DNA from: a virus
Taxonomy: Duplodnaviria; Caudoviricetes
Reading direction: 5' to 3' (one strand)
Length of the DNA: 62,152 nucleotides
Virus record (IMG/VR): IMGVR_UViG_3300023178_003128
Location: 1 to 62,152 of that record
The position numbers and the translations under genes are program-made. How positions within the stretch are numbered: position 1 is the first letter of the stretch; every line of letters begins with the position of its first letter. Shown one piece after another: positions 25,922 through 35,424 of this stretch. Below the pieces are notes generated by a model. The model made no database searches. It saw only the letters and a program-made list of their open reading frames with translations, and was not told where the DNA came from.

Positions 25922-26207
25922 AAATACAGAAACGGGTGAAGTATTTGAAGACTTCATCTCAATTGCAACCAAAGAAGAACTACTTCAAAAGAATCCACAC
26001 ATTCAACAAGTACCAACAGGATTTGCTATTGTGGGCGGTGTTGGAGACAACATGGACGCAAAAACAGATGACACCTTTAAAGAAGTTATGGCCAAAATTG
26101 CAGAAAAGAATCCAGGTAGTCCTCTTGCAGATAGGTTTGCAAAAAATAAAACATTGAAGCGTTCAAAGACAGAACAAATTGTAAATAAACATTGGAAGAA
26201 TAGATAG
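25902..26207 (+). CDS. FmdB-like small protein
   Basis: MPVYQFRN.ETGEVFE start. Confidence 0.6.
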   Translation: MPVYQFRNTETGEVFEDFISIATKEELLQKNPHIQQVPTGFAIVGGVGDNMDAKTDDTFKEVMAKIAEKNPGSPLADRFAKNKTLKRSKTEQIVNKHWKNR

Positions 26208-26878
26208 TGGCGTTTTCATTTATAACATTACCCGAATTAGATTTTGATTTAAAAGCAGAAACAACACCAGAAGGTCGGAGATATATTACACCCGAAGGTG
26301 AATCATATGCTTCAGTAACAACCGTTCTCACAGAATATAATAAGAAAGCTATTATGGAATGGAGAGAACGAGTTGGTGAAGAAGAAGCAAACAAAGTATC
26401 CGCTCAAGCATCCAGCCGAGGCACAAGAGTTCATTCATTATGTGAAACTTATCTAAAGAATGAATTGTCACCTATGAAAATATCAACAATGATGCCTGAT
26501 GCAAAAGAATTATTTTATAAGATAAAACCTTTTTTAGACACACACATTGGCAGAGTTTATGCTTTAGAACAAGCACTCTATTCTGATAAATTGAGAATAG
26601 CTGGTCGTGTAGATTGTATTGCTGAATGGGACGATAAATTATCAGTGATTGATTTTAAGACAGCATCAAAAGAAAAGAATGAAGACTGGATTGAAAACTA
26701 TTTTATGCAGTGTTCAGCTTATGCTGAGATGTTTGAAGAGAGAACAGGAAAACCAATTGACCAAATAGTTGTTGCTATTGCTGTTGCAAATGGTAATCCT
26801 CAAATCTTTGTGAAAGAAAAACAAGACTATTTAAGAGGTCTTAATTACTTTATTGATGAGTATTATTCTACACTATGA
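26207..26878 (+). CDS. PD-(D/E)XK exonuclease (Cas4-like)
   Basis: Y.SVTTVL, RGT.VH, AGRVDCIAE, VIDFKT, YF.Q..AYA. Confidence 0.85.
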   Translation: MAFSFITLPELDFDLKAETTPEGRRYITPEGESYASVTTVLTEYNKKAIMEWRERVGEEEANKVSAQASSRGTRVHSLCETYLKNELSPMKISTMMPDAKELFYKIKPFLDTHIGRVYALEQALYSDKLRIAGRVDCIAEWDDKLSVIDFKTASKEKNEDWIENYFMQCSAYAEMFEERTGKPIDQIVVAIAVANGNPQIFVKEKQDYLRGLNYFIDEYYSTL

Positions 26879-26889
26879 GGAAATAAATT

Positions 26890-27114
26890 ATGCCAATTTT
26901 AAGAGAAGAAACAAAGGTTCAGGAATATATTGAACAACTACCAAAAGAACTAACACAAGCTGATATTAATGATGTTTGGTTAGTAATTGCTTTGGCTGTT
27001 GCTGTGTATGTGGGCAGTAATTTTATTTCAGTTATACTTAAGTTTTTGGCTGCTATAATTGTTATATTAGGACTTGTTACAATTCTTGACCAGAACGGAT
27101 TATGGCAGATTTAA
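26890..27114 (+). CDS. small membrane protein
   Basis: Two hydrophobic segments; GAGGA RBS. Confidence 0.6.
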   Translation: MPILREETKVQEYIEQLPKELTQADINDVWLVIALAVAVYVGSNFISVILKFLAAIIVILGLVTILDQNGLWQI

Positions 27115-27378
27115 ATGGCTTCAAAAAACGATATTACAGGTGATTCTATACAAACCAAAACATCAACTAAAGCTTATGAAGATGGATGGGACCGTATTTT
27201 TGGTAAAAAAGAAGAAGAATTTGATGCCGACCAAGCCATGAAAAATCATGTAGATGGATGGCCAAACGACAAAATGTTTGGTATTTTATGTCAAAATTGT
27301 GGGTTTAAGCAACAAAATCCTAATCCGGTCTTGTGTGAATCATGTGGCCAACTGGTTTCTACGACCTCTGGCACATAA
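27115..27378 (+). CDS. hypothetical protein with C-terminal zinc ribbon
   Basis: NDITGD.IQTK N-terminus; CQNCG...CESCG. Confidence 0.6.
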   Translation: MASKNDITGDSIQTKTSTKAYEDGWDRIFGKKEEEFDADQAMKNHVDGWPNDKMFGILCQNCGFKQQNPNPVLCESCGQLVSTTSGT

Positions 27379-27381
27379 ATA
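27374..27381 (+). promoter_or_regulatory. late promoter
   Basis: CATAAATA upstream of the cell wall hydrolase. Confidence 0.5.
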
Positions 27382-27409
27382 ATAAAACATTTTCCAAATA
27401 GGAGATGGT

Positions 27410-27967
27410 ATGCGTTATTTTACAGCGACATTTTTGTTATTAATATTACTAGGTTTTATTTCAGTAATAATAGGTGAAAGCTTAAAACCCAACAACAACC
27501 ACCTTGAAGTGAAATATGTATCACCTAAATTATTAACATTCAATGAACTAACACCACACCAACAAAAACAGGTGATGTGTTTAGCAGAAAATATTTTTCA
27601 CGAAGCCTCTTTAGAACCCCATGATGGTAAGGTTGCGGTGGCATTCGTTACATTAAATCGTATGTATTCAGAGGACTTTCCTAATAATATATGTGATGTC
27701 GTAACTCAAATCAAACACAGAGGTGTTTGTCAATTTTCTTGGTATTGCCAAGGTAAAGATTCATTTCAAAGCTTGACAAAGCAATATCAAATGAAGTATA
27801 ATGAGATATTAAAAATAGCTACTAATGTTTATTTAAATTATCATCAAATGCATGACCCGTCAAACGGTGCTATGTTCTACCATGCAATTTATGTCAGACC
27901 TATCTGGCGAAAAGATATGACTAAAGTAGCAAAAATTGGAAAACACATCTTCTACGAAGGAAAGTAA
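27410..27967 (+). CDS. SleB/Hydrolase_2 cell wall hydrolase
   Basis: CLAENIFHEA, AVA.V.LNR, FP..IC.VV.Q, CQFSW.C, GA.FYHA.YV.P.W, IG.HIFY; N-terminal TM. Confidence 0.9.
   Translation: MRYFTATFLLLILLGFISVIIGESLKPNNNHLEVKYVSPKLLTFNELTPHQQKQVMCLAENIFHEASLEPHDGKVAVAFVTLNRMYSEDFPNNICDVVTQIKHRGVCQFSWYCQGKDSFQSLTKQYQMKYNEILKIATNVYLNYHQMHDPSNGAMFYHAIYVRPIWRKDMTKVAKIGKHIFYEGK
27773..27802 (+). promoter_or_regulatory. intragenic sigma70 promoter, probably driving gp33/gp59/gp32
   Basis: TTGACA-18nt-TATAAT. Confidence 0.5.
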
Positions 27968-28191
27968 TGCCAACAAAATCTGAAATGGCGGAATTCGCCA
28001 AACAAATACATGAACTCGTAGCACGAACAGATTATAATTACATTGAAGCTATTGTAGCCCATTGTAAAGAAACAGGATTAGAATTGGAGGTAGCGGCAAC
28101 ACTTTGTAACGCCAATCTCAAAGCTCGTTTAGAGAGCGATGCGATGGATAACAATATGTTGAAGGAGAAGGGGAACCGCTTACCAATATGA
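27967..28191 (+). CDS. gp33: late transcription coactivator gp33
   Basis: F...I..LV....NYIEAIV..C...LE.E....L....LK..LE.DA...N.LK; position before gp59-gp32. Confidence 0.82.
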   Translation: MPTKSEMAEFAKQIHELVARTDYNYIEAIVAHCKETGLELEVAATLCNANLKARLESDAMDNNMLKEKGNRLPI

Positions 28192-28246
28192 GTTCCGTTG
28201 TTATCTCACAAAAATAACGACCCAAAACTATAATAGGAGAACTATT

Positions 28247-28336
28247 ATGCCTAGTTTAGATTGGCACTTAGTGCTTAACGCTGCTGTGGCTGTTGTCGTG
28301 GTAGAGCTAGTCGGCAAAGTAACTGGCTGGTGGTAA
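28247..28336 (+). CDS. 29-aa hydrophobic peptide (not in ORF track)
   Basis: Strong AGGAG RBS; MPSLDWHLVLNAAVAVVVVELVGKVTGWW*. Confidence 0.6.
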   Translation: MPSLDWHLVLNAAVAVVVVELVGKVTGWW

Positions 28337-28352
28337 ATTTATTATAGAGTTT

Positions 28353-28384
28353 GGGAGACCTCTAAAAAACTCCCTTTTTATTTT
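28353..28384 (+). terminator. intrinsic terminator
   Basis: GGGAG...CTCCC followed by TTTTTATTTT. Confidence 0.55.
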
Positions 28385-28987
28385 ATGACAGGTTACGAAA
28401 CTTACATTTTATATAATGCTCTTAAATTCCACTTTACCAGAGAAAAGTTTGATTTCTTCAAATACAATGGTAAAGTAAAAACTACACCAGAACAATTTGA
28501 AAATCGTAAAGACAAATATCACTTCTATAAACTCTCCAGAAAATATACAGACAGAGATGACATGATACAATTTCTTACCTATAACTTCCTAGAAAAAGAT
28601 GGATTATGGGTTGGTGATTTACTTACAGATGAGGGTCATAAAAGATATTTAAAACATAAAAAGATTCTACAATCACTATCATATACATTTGAGAATGATT
28701 GTAAAAAGTTATTTGGCGAAACACAAAACCCAAATGACTTAATTAAAACAAATGGTGACTATCCAAAACTTTTGACTATGGCATTACAGCGTGATATTGA
28801 GATAGAAACCCTTTGTATTTTGAACGCCATTTTAAACTTTGTGCCAATGTGGAATGAAAAGATTCAGGACACAATTCGTTGGCCTGAGTTTAGATTGAAA
28901 GTTCAAAAGTTTGCCACATTTCTTCCGAGAGATGTAGTAAAATACAAAATGCTACTCAAAAAGATTATTGGAGAGAAGCATAAATAA
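28385..28987 (+). CDS. gp59: helicase loader gp59
   Basis: Y..Y.ALK.HFT..KFDFFKYNGK, F..RKDKY.F.KLS; position before gp32. Confidence 0.85.
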   Translation: MTGYETYILYNALKFHFTREKFDFFKYNGKVKTTPEQFENRKDKYHFYKLSRKYTDRDDMIQFLTYNFLEKDGLWVGDLLTDEGHKRYLKHKKILQSLSYTFENDCKKLFGETQNPNDLIKTNGDYPKLLTMALQRDIEIETLCILNAILNFVPMWNEKIQDTIRWPEFRLKVQKFATFLPRDVVKYKMLLKKIIGEKHK

Positions 28988-29046
28988 CTTATATATTATG
29001 AATACTGTGGATAAGATAAACATACAATTTATACAAGGAAAATACG

Positions 29047-29958
29047 ATGACAAGCTTTGCAAATCTCAAACGCAATCGTTCAAGTTTAGAAAAACTAACT
29101 AAAGCGATTGAATCAACCACAAATCAATCCGAAAACAGTAACAGTTCAGAAGATACCCGTTTCTGGAAACCAGAAGTTGATAAAGCAGGTAACGGTATGG
29201 CCGTTATTCGTTTTTTACCAGCTCCTGCTGTTGATGGTGATGATGCCCTTCCATGGGTTCGTTACTTTGACCACGGTTTTCAAGGACCTGGTGGTTGGTA
29301 TATTGAAAACTCTCTGACTACATTGGGTCAAAAAGATCCTGTTTCAGAATACAACTCAACACTGTGGAATTCTGGTATTGAAGCAAACAAAGATATTGCT
29401 CGTAAGCAAAAAAGACGCTTACACTATATTGCAAATATCTATGTTGTTTCTGACCCAGCACATCCAGAAAATGAAGGACAAATTCGTTTATTTAAATTTG
29501 GTAAGAAAATCTTTGATAAGATTTCTGAAGCAATGAATCCTGAGTTTGCTGATGAGACACCTGTAAATCCATTTGACTTATGGGAAGGTGCTAACTTCAA
29601 ACTTAAGATTAGAAATGTAGAAGGTTACCGTAACTATGATAAATCTGAGTTTGCTGACAAAGAAGCGCTTCTTGGTGGTGATGACCAAAAACTTGAAAAC
29701 TTATGGCAACAAGAATACTCTTTAAAAGAATTCTTAGATGCTAAAAACTTCAAGTCATATGACCAACTTAAAGCTAGACTTGATAAAGTATTAGGTTTTG
29801 ATGGTGGTGATGCTACACCAAAAACAACAGCAGAGGATGCTGTAATTGATAATACACCTGATATCTCAGAAGATGTATCAAGTGGTTTAAATCAAGTTGA
29901 TGCCGCTATTGCTGAAGATGATGATTTAGATTATTTCAAAAATCTCGCTGAAGGATAA
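29047..29958 (+). CDS. gp32: single-stranded DNA binding protein gp32
   Basis: RFWKP.VDKAGNG.AVIRFLPAP, HGFQGPGGWYIENSLTT, FKFGKKIFDKI, NYDKSEF, acidic tail. Confidence 0.95.
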   Translation: MTSFANLKRNRSSLEKLTKAIESTTNQSENSNSSEDTRFWKPEVDKAGNGMAVIRFLPAPAVDGDDALPWVRYFDHGFQGPGGWYIENSLTTLGQKDPVSEYNSTLWNSGIEANKDIARKQKRRLHYIANIYVVSDPAHPENEGQIRLFKFGKKIFDKISEAMNPEFADETPVNPFDLWEGANFKLKIRNVEGYRNYDKSEFADKEALLGGDDQKLENLWQQEYSLKEFLDAKNFKSYDQLKARLDKVLGFDGGDATPKTTAEDAVIDNTPDISEDVSSGLNQVDAAIAEDDDLDYFKNLAEG

Positions 29959-29975
29959 GATTTAAATCTTAGAAG

Positions 29976-30002
29976 AATACCCGCTCAGGCGGGTATTTTT
30001 TT
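29976..30002. terminator. intrinsic terminator between convergent genes
   Basis: AATACCCGC-tcag-GCGGGTATT plus T run; adjacent 16-bp palindrome TAAGATTTAAATCTTA at 29956-29971. Confidence 0.8.
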
Positions 30003-31743
30003 ATGCCGTTCTTGCGACTAATTGTCCGCTATCTCGTTTTTCTCTTTGAATAGTAACATCTTTACTTACAATGTTTGTATTTGTTGTTGTTGGTGCATTA
30101 ATAATTGTTGGATTTTCCGCTTTCATCATACTTCTTTTACCCACAGCGATATCATTTGAAGCCATAGAAATTGAAGAACCTTGTTCATCACCAGCCTGTG
30201 CAATTAAACCAACAATTTTAGGTCCTCTGACACCAACCTGAGAAAACCATTTACTATCTTTTAGATTTTCAGATGCTAGTGTAAAGTTTCCTTGTTCTAA
30301 TGCAGCTTTTGTGTTTGGCCATTTAGGCCACCATTTGCCCATATTAAATGCAAGGTCAATCATTGCACCTTTACCTGCTTCGTTTGCTTGAGCATAACCA
30401 GGTGTTTGTTCTGCTATTTTTTTGTGATGTTCAAAATCTTTTTCAAACATACTTGCAACTTCTTCATCACTAAATCTTCTATCCATAGAAGACGGTAATG
30501 TATTACCTATCAAGTGACCAACACCAACAGTCCAAAGTCCTTCCGTGTCTTTGTAAGGAGTATTTTCCCAACCCTCGTGTTGTATTATCATTGATTTGGT
30601 ATCATCAAAGGACATACTTGGAACAGCTTCTGGAGTAGTTTCTGCTGATGGTGGTTCAGTAATAGTTGTTTCTGGCGTTACAGTTGGAGTTGCTCCTTCT
30701 TCTACCGCATCTTGTTTTTCTCCCTCTCCACCAGGTTGATTAAATTCTTTCCACAGTTGATATATTTCATATGCAGACCAAACTGATAAACCTATATTAA
30801 CAATAGCAGCTATCCAACCAACAACAGGTATGGCTGCTAAACCAGCAGCTGTTGCTAGTCTTACTCCAACTTTTGCCATAAGTTTTGGTGATTTTCTTTT
30901 TGCAAAATTTAAAAAGCGAGTCCATTTTGAATTTGAACCTTTTAAAGCTTTCATTTGTTTTTGTTTTGTTAAGGCTTCTTTTTTATCAAGTTCAGCAAAT
31001 TTTCTCGCTTGTCTATTTTTTAATCCAACTTTCGCTTTGTTTTTTAATTTATTAATGACCGCTTTGCCGACTTTGTATTGAACAACCGCACCGGCTGTTG
31101 CAGCTGCAGCTGCTTGATTTTGTTGTAATTCTTTATCAATGTTTAAAGTGGCGTTTGGTTTTGGTGCAGGAAGTTGTTGTCCTGTAATAAAAGATAAAAT
31201 ATTGTTTAGACCAATAGCAATCATATCACCAATTCTTAAAAAGAAGTCTTTAACTTTATCAAAGAAGCCTGCGTTTTCTATTGTTTTTCCTACTGTTGAT
31301 TCTTCACTTGAAAATATATCTTTTATAAAGCCTGAAAAATCACTCCACTTCTCTTTGAAAAATTTAGGTAATTCTTCTGAAAACATTTTTTTAAATGTTT
31401 CAACTAATGCTTCACCTATACCTTTTAATTGGGGTTCAAATTCTTTGTATAATTTTGGTAGGGCATATAAAGCACCCATAGCCAAAATCACACCTTTAAT
31501 TATTTTAGAAAATAAACTTTCTTTTTTCTTTTCTTTTTCTTCAACAGTAACTTCAACTTCTGGAGTTGGAGATATTTCACTACCTTTTGGAATTTCAATA
31601 GCTGTAGAAACATTTCGACCGGTTCTAAGTTTTACATATTCAACAAAGTCTTTTGCTATAGCAGAAAAGCTTTCAGTAATAACTGAATAAACATCTAAGC
31701 TTATTGTTCTTTGTCTTTCTAAGGTTGGTGAAGTATCTGCCAT
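30001..31743 (-). CDS. tail/baseplate-hub protein with C-terminal T4-type (GH24) lysozyme domain
   Basis: IIQHEG....YKDTEG.WTVGVGH...DLAFNMG...SKW..QVG.R; TM-like segments upstream. Confidence 0.8.
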   Translation of the reverse strand: MADTSPTLERQRTISLDVYSVITESFSAIAKDFVEYVKLRTGRNVSTAIEIPKGSEISPTPEVEVTVEEKEKKKESLFSKIIKGVILAMGALYALPKLYKEFEPQLKGIGEALVETFKKMFSEELPKFFKEKWSDFSGFIKDIFSSEESTVGKTIENAGFFDKVKDFFLRIGDMIAIGLNNILSFITGQQLPAPKPNATLNIDKELQQNQAAAAATAGAVVQYKVGKAVINKLKNKAKVGLKNRQARKFAELDKKEALTKQKQMKALKGSNSKWTRFLNFAKRKSPKLMAKVGVRLATAAGLAAIPVVGWIAAIVNIGLSVWSAYEIYQLWKEFNQPGGEGEKQDAVEEGATPTVTPETTITEPPSAETTPEAVPSMSFDDTKSMIIQHEGWENTPYKDTEGLWTVGVGHLIGNTLPSSMDRRFSDEEVASMFEKDFEHHKKIAEQTPGYAQANEAGKGAMIDLAFNMGKWWPKWPNTKAALEQGNFTLASENLKDSKWFSQVGVRGPKIVGLIAQAGDEQGSSISMASNDIAVGKRSMMKAENPTIINAPTTTNTNIVSKDVTIQREKRDSGQLVARTA

Positions 31744-31744
31744 A

Positions 31745-33715
31745 TTATGTGCTCATAAGTGCATCAGCAAAGTCAAAGTTTAATACTTCTGCTGGTGGCG
31801 GAGACTTACTTGAATTTGTTGATTGATTTTTTATTTGTGGTGCATTAATTAAACTTCCAGAATCTTGCATCATTTCTGCTCTTTGGCCACTTTCCACTTC
31901 TGTTGAACCAGCTGAAATTGTTTGGCCTGATGTAGCTGCACCAAATGGTGTAACTGGTTCAGGTGTAACGCCACCAGCATTAATTTTATTTGATAATGTT
32001 GATTGAGCACCTTCTAATGAACCAGAAGCATCTTTACTTCTTTCTCCCATTTGACCAAAAGCTGCTTCTAAACCACCACCTTTCATAAAAGCATCAGCCT
32101 TACCCATGTCTGATTGCATACCTTTATTCATAGCGTCTCTATCAACTTTTTCACCAAAAAAGTTTTCAGCTAAACTAGCTGCACCGCCAAATCCTTCAGG
32201 TGACAATTTACCCATATTATCACCCATGAAGTTGCTTAAATTGCTTTGCATATCACCACTTTTTGCCATACCCATATTCAATGGACTTGTTTTAGCAGCA
32301 CTATTGTCTGAAACTTTTTGTGGTGTTACACTTGCAGCTTCATTATTTGATGTGGCTGGCGCTTCTGTTGTTGATGATTTTTCATCTTTAACAGACGGCA
32401 TAGCTCCAGATTCAACACCTGAAACAGTTGGTTCAGCCGATTCGGCCTGAGCAGCTGGCGCTTCAGGCATAGGATCTGGTGCAGGCCTTTCACTTTTTTC
32501 AGCCTCAGCACTTGATGGATTATCTTTAAATGGATACCAAGGACCAAATCCATATGTTTCACCACCAACAGTAAATAAATCAACTCTAGGTATTCCAATA
32601 TTATTAATCATCCAGTCTTTCATATCATAAAACTTGCCAACAATTGCATTTTTTATTTCTGTATATTTTGATTCTATACTAAATTTAACACCATCTAATG
32701 TTTCTTTTGATAAAAGTCCAAGAGTTAAAAAGTTTAATACAGCAGTAAGACCTTCTGCTAATGCTTTTCCTAAACTTCCCGATTTACTGAATTCTTCAAA
32801 CCCAGCTTTAAATCCAACAAAAATTGAACCAACAACAGCAGCAAAAGCGAATAATTTTTTGAATATTGAGAATAAGAATTTTGGACTAAACAATAAACCA
32901 AATGCTTTACCTATACCATTAAAAACCAATGAAGTTATGTTTTTAAGAAAACCCATAATACCGCCACCAGATTTTTTAGTTTCACCACCACCCTCAGCTG
33001 TGACTTGAATGGGTGCTACATTTTTAGCTTCGAGAGCGGCTTCTCTAGCATCCTGTTCTTGTAAAAATCTAGTTTGTTCAGCACGCTTTCCTTGTTCTTT
33101 ACCTTCTTTTTCAAAATCAAGTAGAGTAGATATTGCATTACGAATAATTATAATATCTTTTGCAACACCGGCTAGATTACCTAATCCTTCAGTTTTTCCT
33201 CCAACGGGTGTGGGTGATAGCGCTGTTAGTTTTGTTAGACCATATTTTCGTTGTTGAGCCCACTGTTCTTCTTCTGTGAGTTTAGTAAATCGTCCTGTTT
33301 TTTCATCACGACCCACTAACTTTTTATCATAAGATTCCATAAACTCCATTTTTGGAGTTTCAGCTGGCTTTGCAACTTCTTTAGGTTGTTCTTTAGGCTT
33401 AGGCATAGCTTTTGGTTTTTTAGCCAATCTGCCACGCATATATGCAGAAAAGATATCATCACCGGAGAAGAAATTCATATAAGCTTTTTTAGCAATGTTT
33501 TTAGGATTCATTGCTGTTTTAATGCCTTTTGCTCCTTCTCCTATACCGCCAGCAAACGCTTCTCCAAAACCAGCACCTTGTTCAAGGCGTTGTTTTATGC
33601 CACCAGAATATCCTTTTTTATTTGCTTGTTGATATTCTTTGTAGTTACTATAACCTAGGTCTTTAGCAAGACTTTCTTTATAGTCAGAAACAGCGGTATT
33701 AAATGTGTTAGCCAT
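31745..33715 (-). CDS. tape-measure-like / gp29-like hub protein
   Basis: Long A/G-rich helical protein with hydrophobic stretches and RDxxTGRF; follows gp26/gp51. Confidence 0.55.
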   Translation of the reverse strand: MANTFNTAVSDYKESLAKDLGYSNYKEYQQANKKGYSGGIKQRLEQGAGFGEAFAGGIGEGAKGIKTAMNPKNIAKKAYMNFFSGDDIFSAYMRGRLAKKPKAMPKPKEQPKEVAKPAETPKMEFMESYDKKLVGRDEKTGRFTKLTEEEQWAQQRKYGLTKLTALSPTPVGGKTEGLGNLAGVAKDIIIIRNAISTLLDFEKEGKEQGKRAEQTRFLQEQDAREAALEAKNVAPIQVTAEGGGETKKSGGGIMGFLKNITSLVFNGIGKAFGLLFSPKFLFSIFKKLFAFAAVVGSIFVGFKAGFEEFSKSGSLGKALAEGLTAVLNFLTLGLLSKETLDGVKFSIESKYTEIKNAIVGKFYDMKDWMINNIGIPRVDLFTVGGETYGFGPWYPFKDNPSSAEAEKSERPAPDPMPEAPAAQAESAEPTVSGVESGAMPSVKDEKSSTTEAPATSNNEAASVTPQKVSDNSAAKTSPLNMGMAKSGDMQSNLSNFMGDNMGKLSPEGFGGAASLAENFFGEKVDRDAMNKGMQSDMGKADAFMKGGGLEAAFGQMGERSKDASGSLEGAQSTLSNKINAGGVTPEPVTPFGAATSGQTISAGSTEVESGQRAEMMQDSGSLINAPQIKNQSTNSSKSPPPAEVLNFDFADALMST

Positions 33716-33858
33716 TACCTATTTTTTCTCTGTAATTGTTGTAATCGAATTCTTTCTTTTTCTTCTTCCAAATACTTAATTAACATATTAACATAGATAG
33801 TTCTTTCCCAAGGAATCATTTGTTCAAGCTCAGTCAAACTATATTTGTGATGTTGCAT
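33715..33858 (-). CDS. gp51: gp51-like baseplate assembly ORF (probably expressed as a frameshift extension of gp26)
   Basis: MQHHKYSLTELEQMIPWERTIYVNML..; frame stays open upstream (NYYQTNFAL) to the end of gp26. Confidence 0.75.
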   Translation of the reverse strand: MQHHKYSLTELEQMIPWERTIYVNMLIKYLEEEKERIRLQQLQRKNR

Positions 33859-33908
33859 TAATGCAAAGTTTGTCTGATAGTAGTTCCCTAGTGTATCATA
33901 ACGAAAAA

Positions 33909-34640
33909 TTAGACGAAAAAATTTTGAATTCCTTGTATTGCGATGTCTTCTTTATATTTGCAACGAGGACATTCAAAAGTCACATCTTTTTTAATTTTTG
34001 GAACAGTGTCAAAAAACACTTTAATCTTCTCTAAATCTTTTTGTTGAAGATTATCCACAAAGTCTGTTAATTCTTCTTTGGTTGTATCTTTTGCATAATA
34101 CATTTGTTCATTGTCGTAAATGTAATCAATACAATCAACTAAAACATTAGTGATAACATCTTCACCTTCAGCTGATTCAAATTTTTCAACCATTTCAAAT
34201 GTAGGATATTTTAATACTAATCCTAACTTATCACTTAACTGTATTTTGTTTGTATGATTGGGATCTTTACTCGGTTCAATCTCAAGTAAATTAACATCAA
34301 TCTCTACAACGCCATTACATTTAGCATCTTTACCTTCTTCGTCTTTGACATTGTTATTACATTTATAATTTAAATGAACAACTTCCTCAACAGACCTTGC
34401 TCGTAGTTGAATAAACAACCATTCTAAATCAAATGTTGGTAAAGAATCAACATCAATATCATCAATAATACAATTTCTTAAAACTTGTTTTATAACATTA
34501 ATTGTTTCTTTTGGGTCTTCTGATTCTGAAGCCATCAAAAACAATTTCTGTTCTTTGACCAAGAATGGGCGATATCGTATGGTTTGTCCCGTTGATATCA
34601 AGCTCACTTCAAAGGTCGGTACATCTAACTTTGGTAACAT
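33909..34640 (-). CDS. gp26: baseplate hub subunit gp26-like
   Basis: LPKL..PT...L.STG..I.YRPFLVKEQK, FDLE.LF..LRARSV.E, C-terminal CPRC...G.QNFF. Confidence 0.85.
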   Translation of the reverse strand: MLPKLDVPTFEVSLISTGQTIRYRPFLVKEQKLFLMASESEDPKETINVIKQVLRNCIIDDIDVDSLPTFDLEWLFIQLRARSVEEVVHLNYKCNNNVKDEEGKDAKCNGVVEIDVNLLEIEPSKDPNHTNKIQLSDKLGLVLKYPTFEMVEKFESAEGEDVITNVLVDCIDYIYDNEQMYYAKDTTKEELTDFVDNLQQKDLEKIKVFFDTVPKIKKDVTFECPRCKYKEDIAIQGIQNFFV

Positions 34641-34659
34641 AATAACCTCGCTTTAAATA

Positions 34660-35424
34660 TTAAAATGGCAAGTTTGTCACAGCCTTACCAAATGGTAAAA
34701 GTCTTGCACCAGCAGCACCAAATAGTGCTGAAGCTGCTTGACCTAAATCATAACTACCATCATAAGTCACTCTGTATTTTTGATAAGCAAATTGAACAGA
34801 TAACCTATGAAAATTATCATCTGACCAATTGAGTGTTTGAGGTGCGATGCCAACAGGAAACGCATCTAGTAACTCAACGGCAAATATTTTCTTAATAAAC
34901 TCATCATATTGTATAACTTTAATGTTACACATATAACGAGATGTTTCTCCTTTTGGAAATCTTAAATTATTTGTATCAGACGGCATAATTGCTTCCATCC
35001 ATTTGTCAAATAATTTTCTTTCGTAAAAATCGTTTGTGCATAGAAATGTTAAATTCATATCAGCATACATTGACTGATAAGGTACCTTAAATGTTGGACC
35101 ATAGATTTTAACATCCGCTGTTTGTAATGTTCTACCTGGCAATTCAGCAGCTTCACATTGAAGTGAAAGATAACGAGATAAAGATGAATTACCTGAGCGA
35201 GAAAACTCGTCTTGGCCACTAGAACCACCTATAGCTGAATTGATAGCATCTGACACATCATTGAATACTGAATTTGGAAAATTAAGTATTTTTTCAATGA
35301 TTGAATTGCCAACAGAATTACTTACAGCTGGTGGAATAGGTAATATAACTTCAAATCGTGATGGTCTTGCTAGACCGCTTTTGCCACGAATATTAGATAA
35401 AAATATGTTAGGTGAGAATGACAT
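34660..35424 (-). CDS. tail tube initiator / gp54-like
   Basis: GLARPSRFEV, CEAAELPGR, DAFP.....LNW, V.FAY. Confidence 0.75.
   Translation of the reverse strand: MSFSPNIFLSNIRGKSGLARPSRFEVILPIPPAVSNSVGNSIIEKILNFPNSVFNDVSDAINSAIGGSSGQDEFSRSGNSSLSRYLSLQCEAAELPGRTLQTADVKIYGPTFKVPYQSMYADMNLTFLCTNDFYERKLFDKWMEAIMPSDTNNLRFPKGETSRYMCNIKVIQYDEFIKKIFAVELLDAFPVGIAPQTLNWSDDNFHRLSVQFAYQKYRVTYDGSYDLGQAASALFGAAGARLLPFGKAVTNLPF

Noticed and set aside
26207-26878. Cas4 as evidence of a CRISPR system
   Set aside because: A stand-alone exonuclease of this type is common in T4-like phages; no repeat-spacer array or other cas genes were seen.
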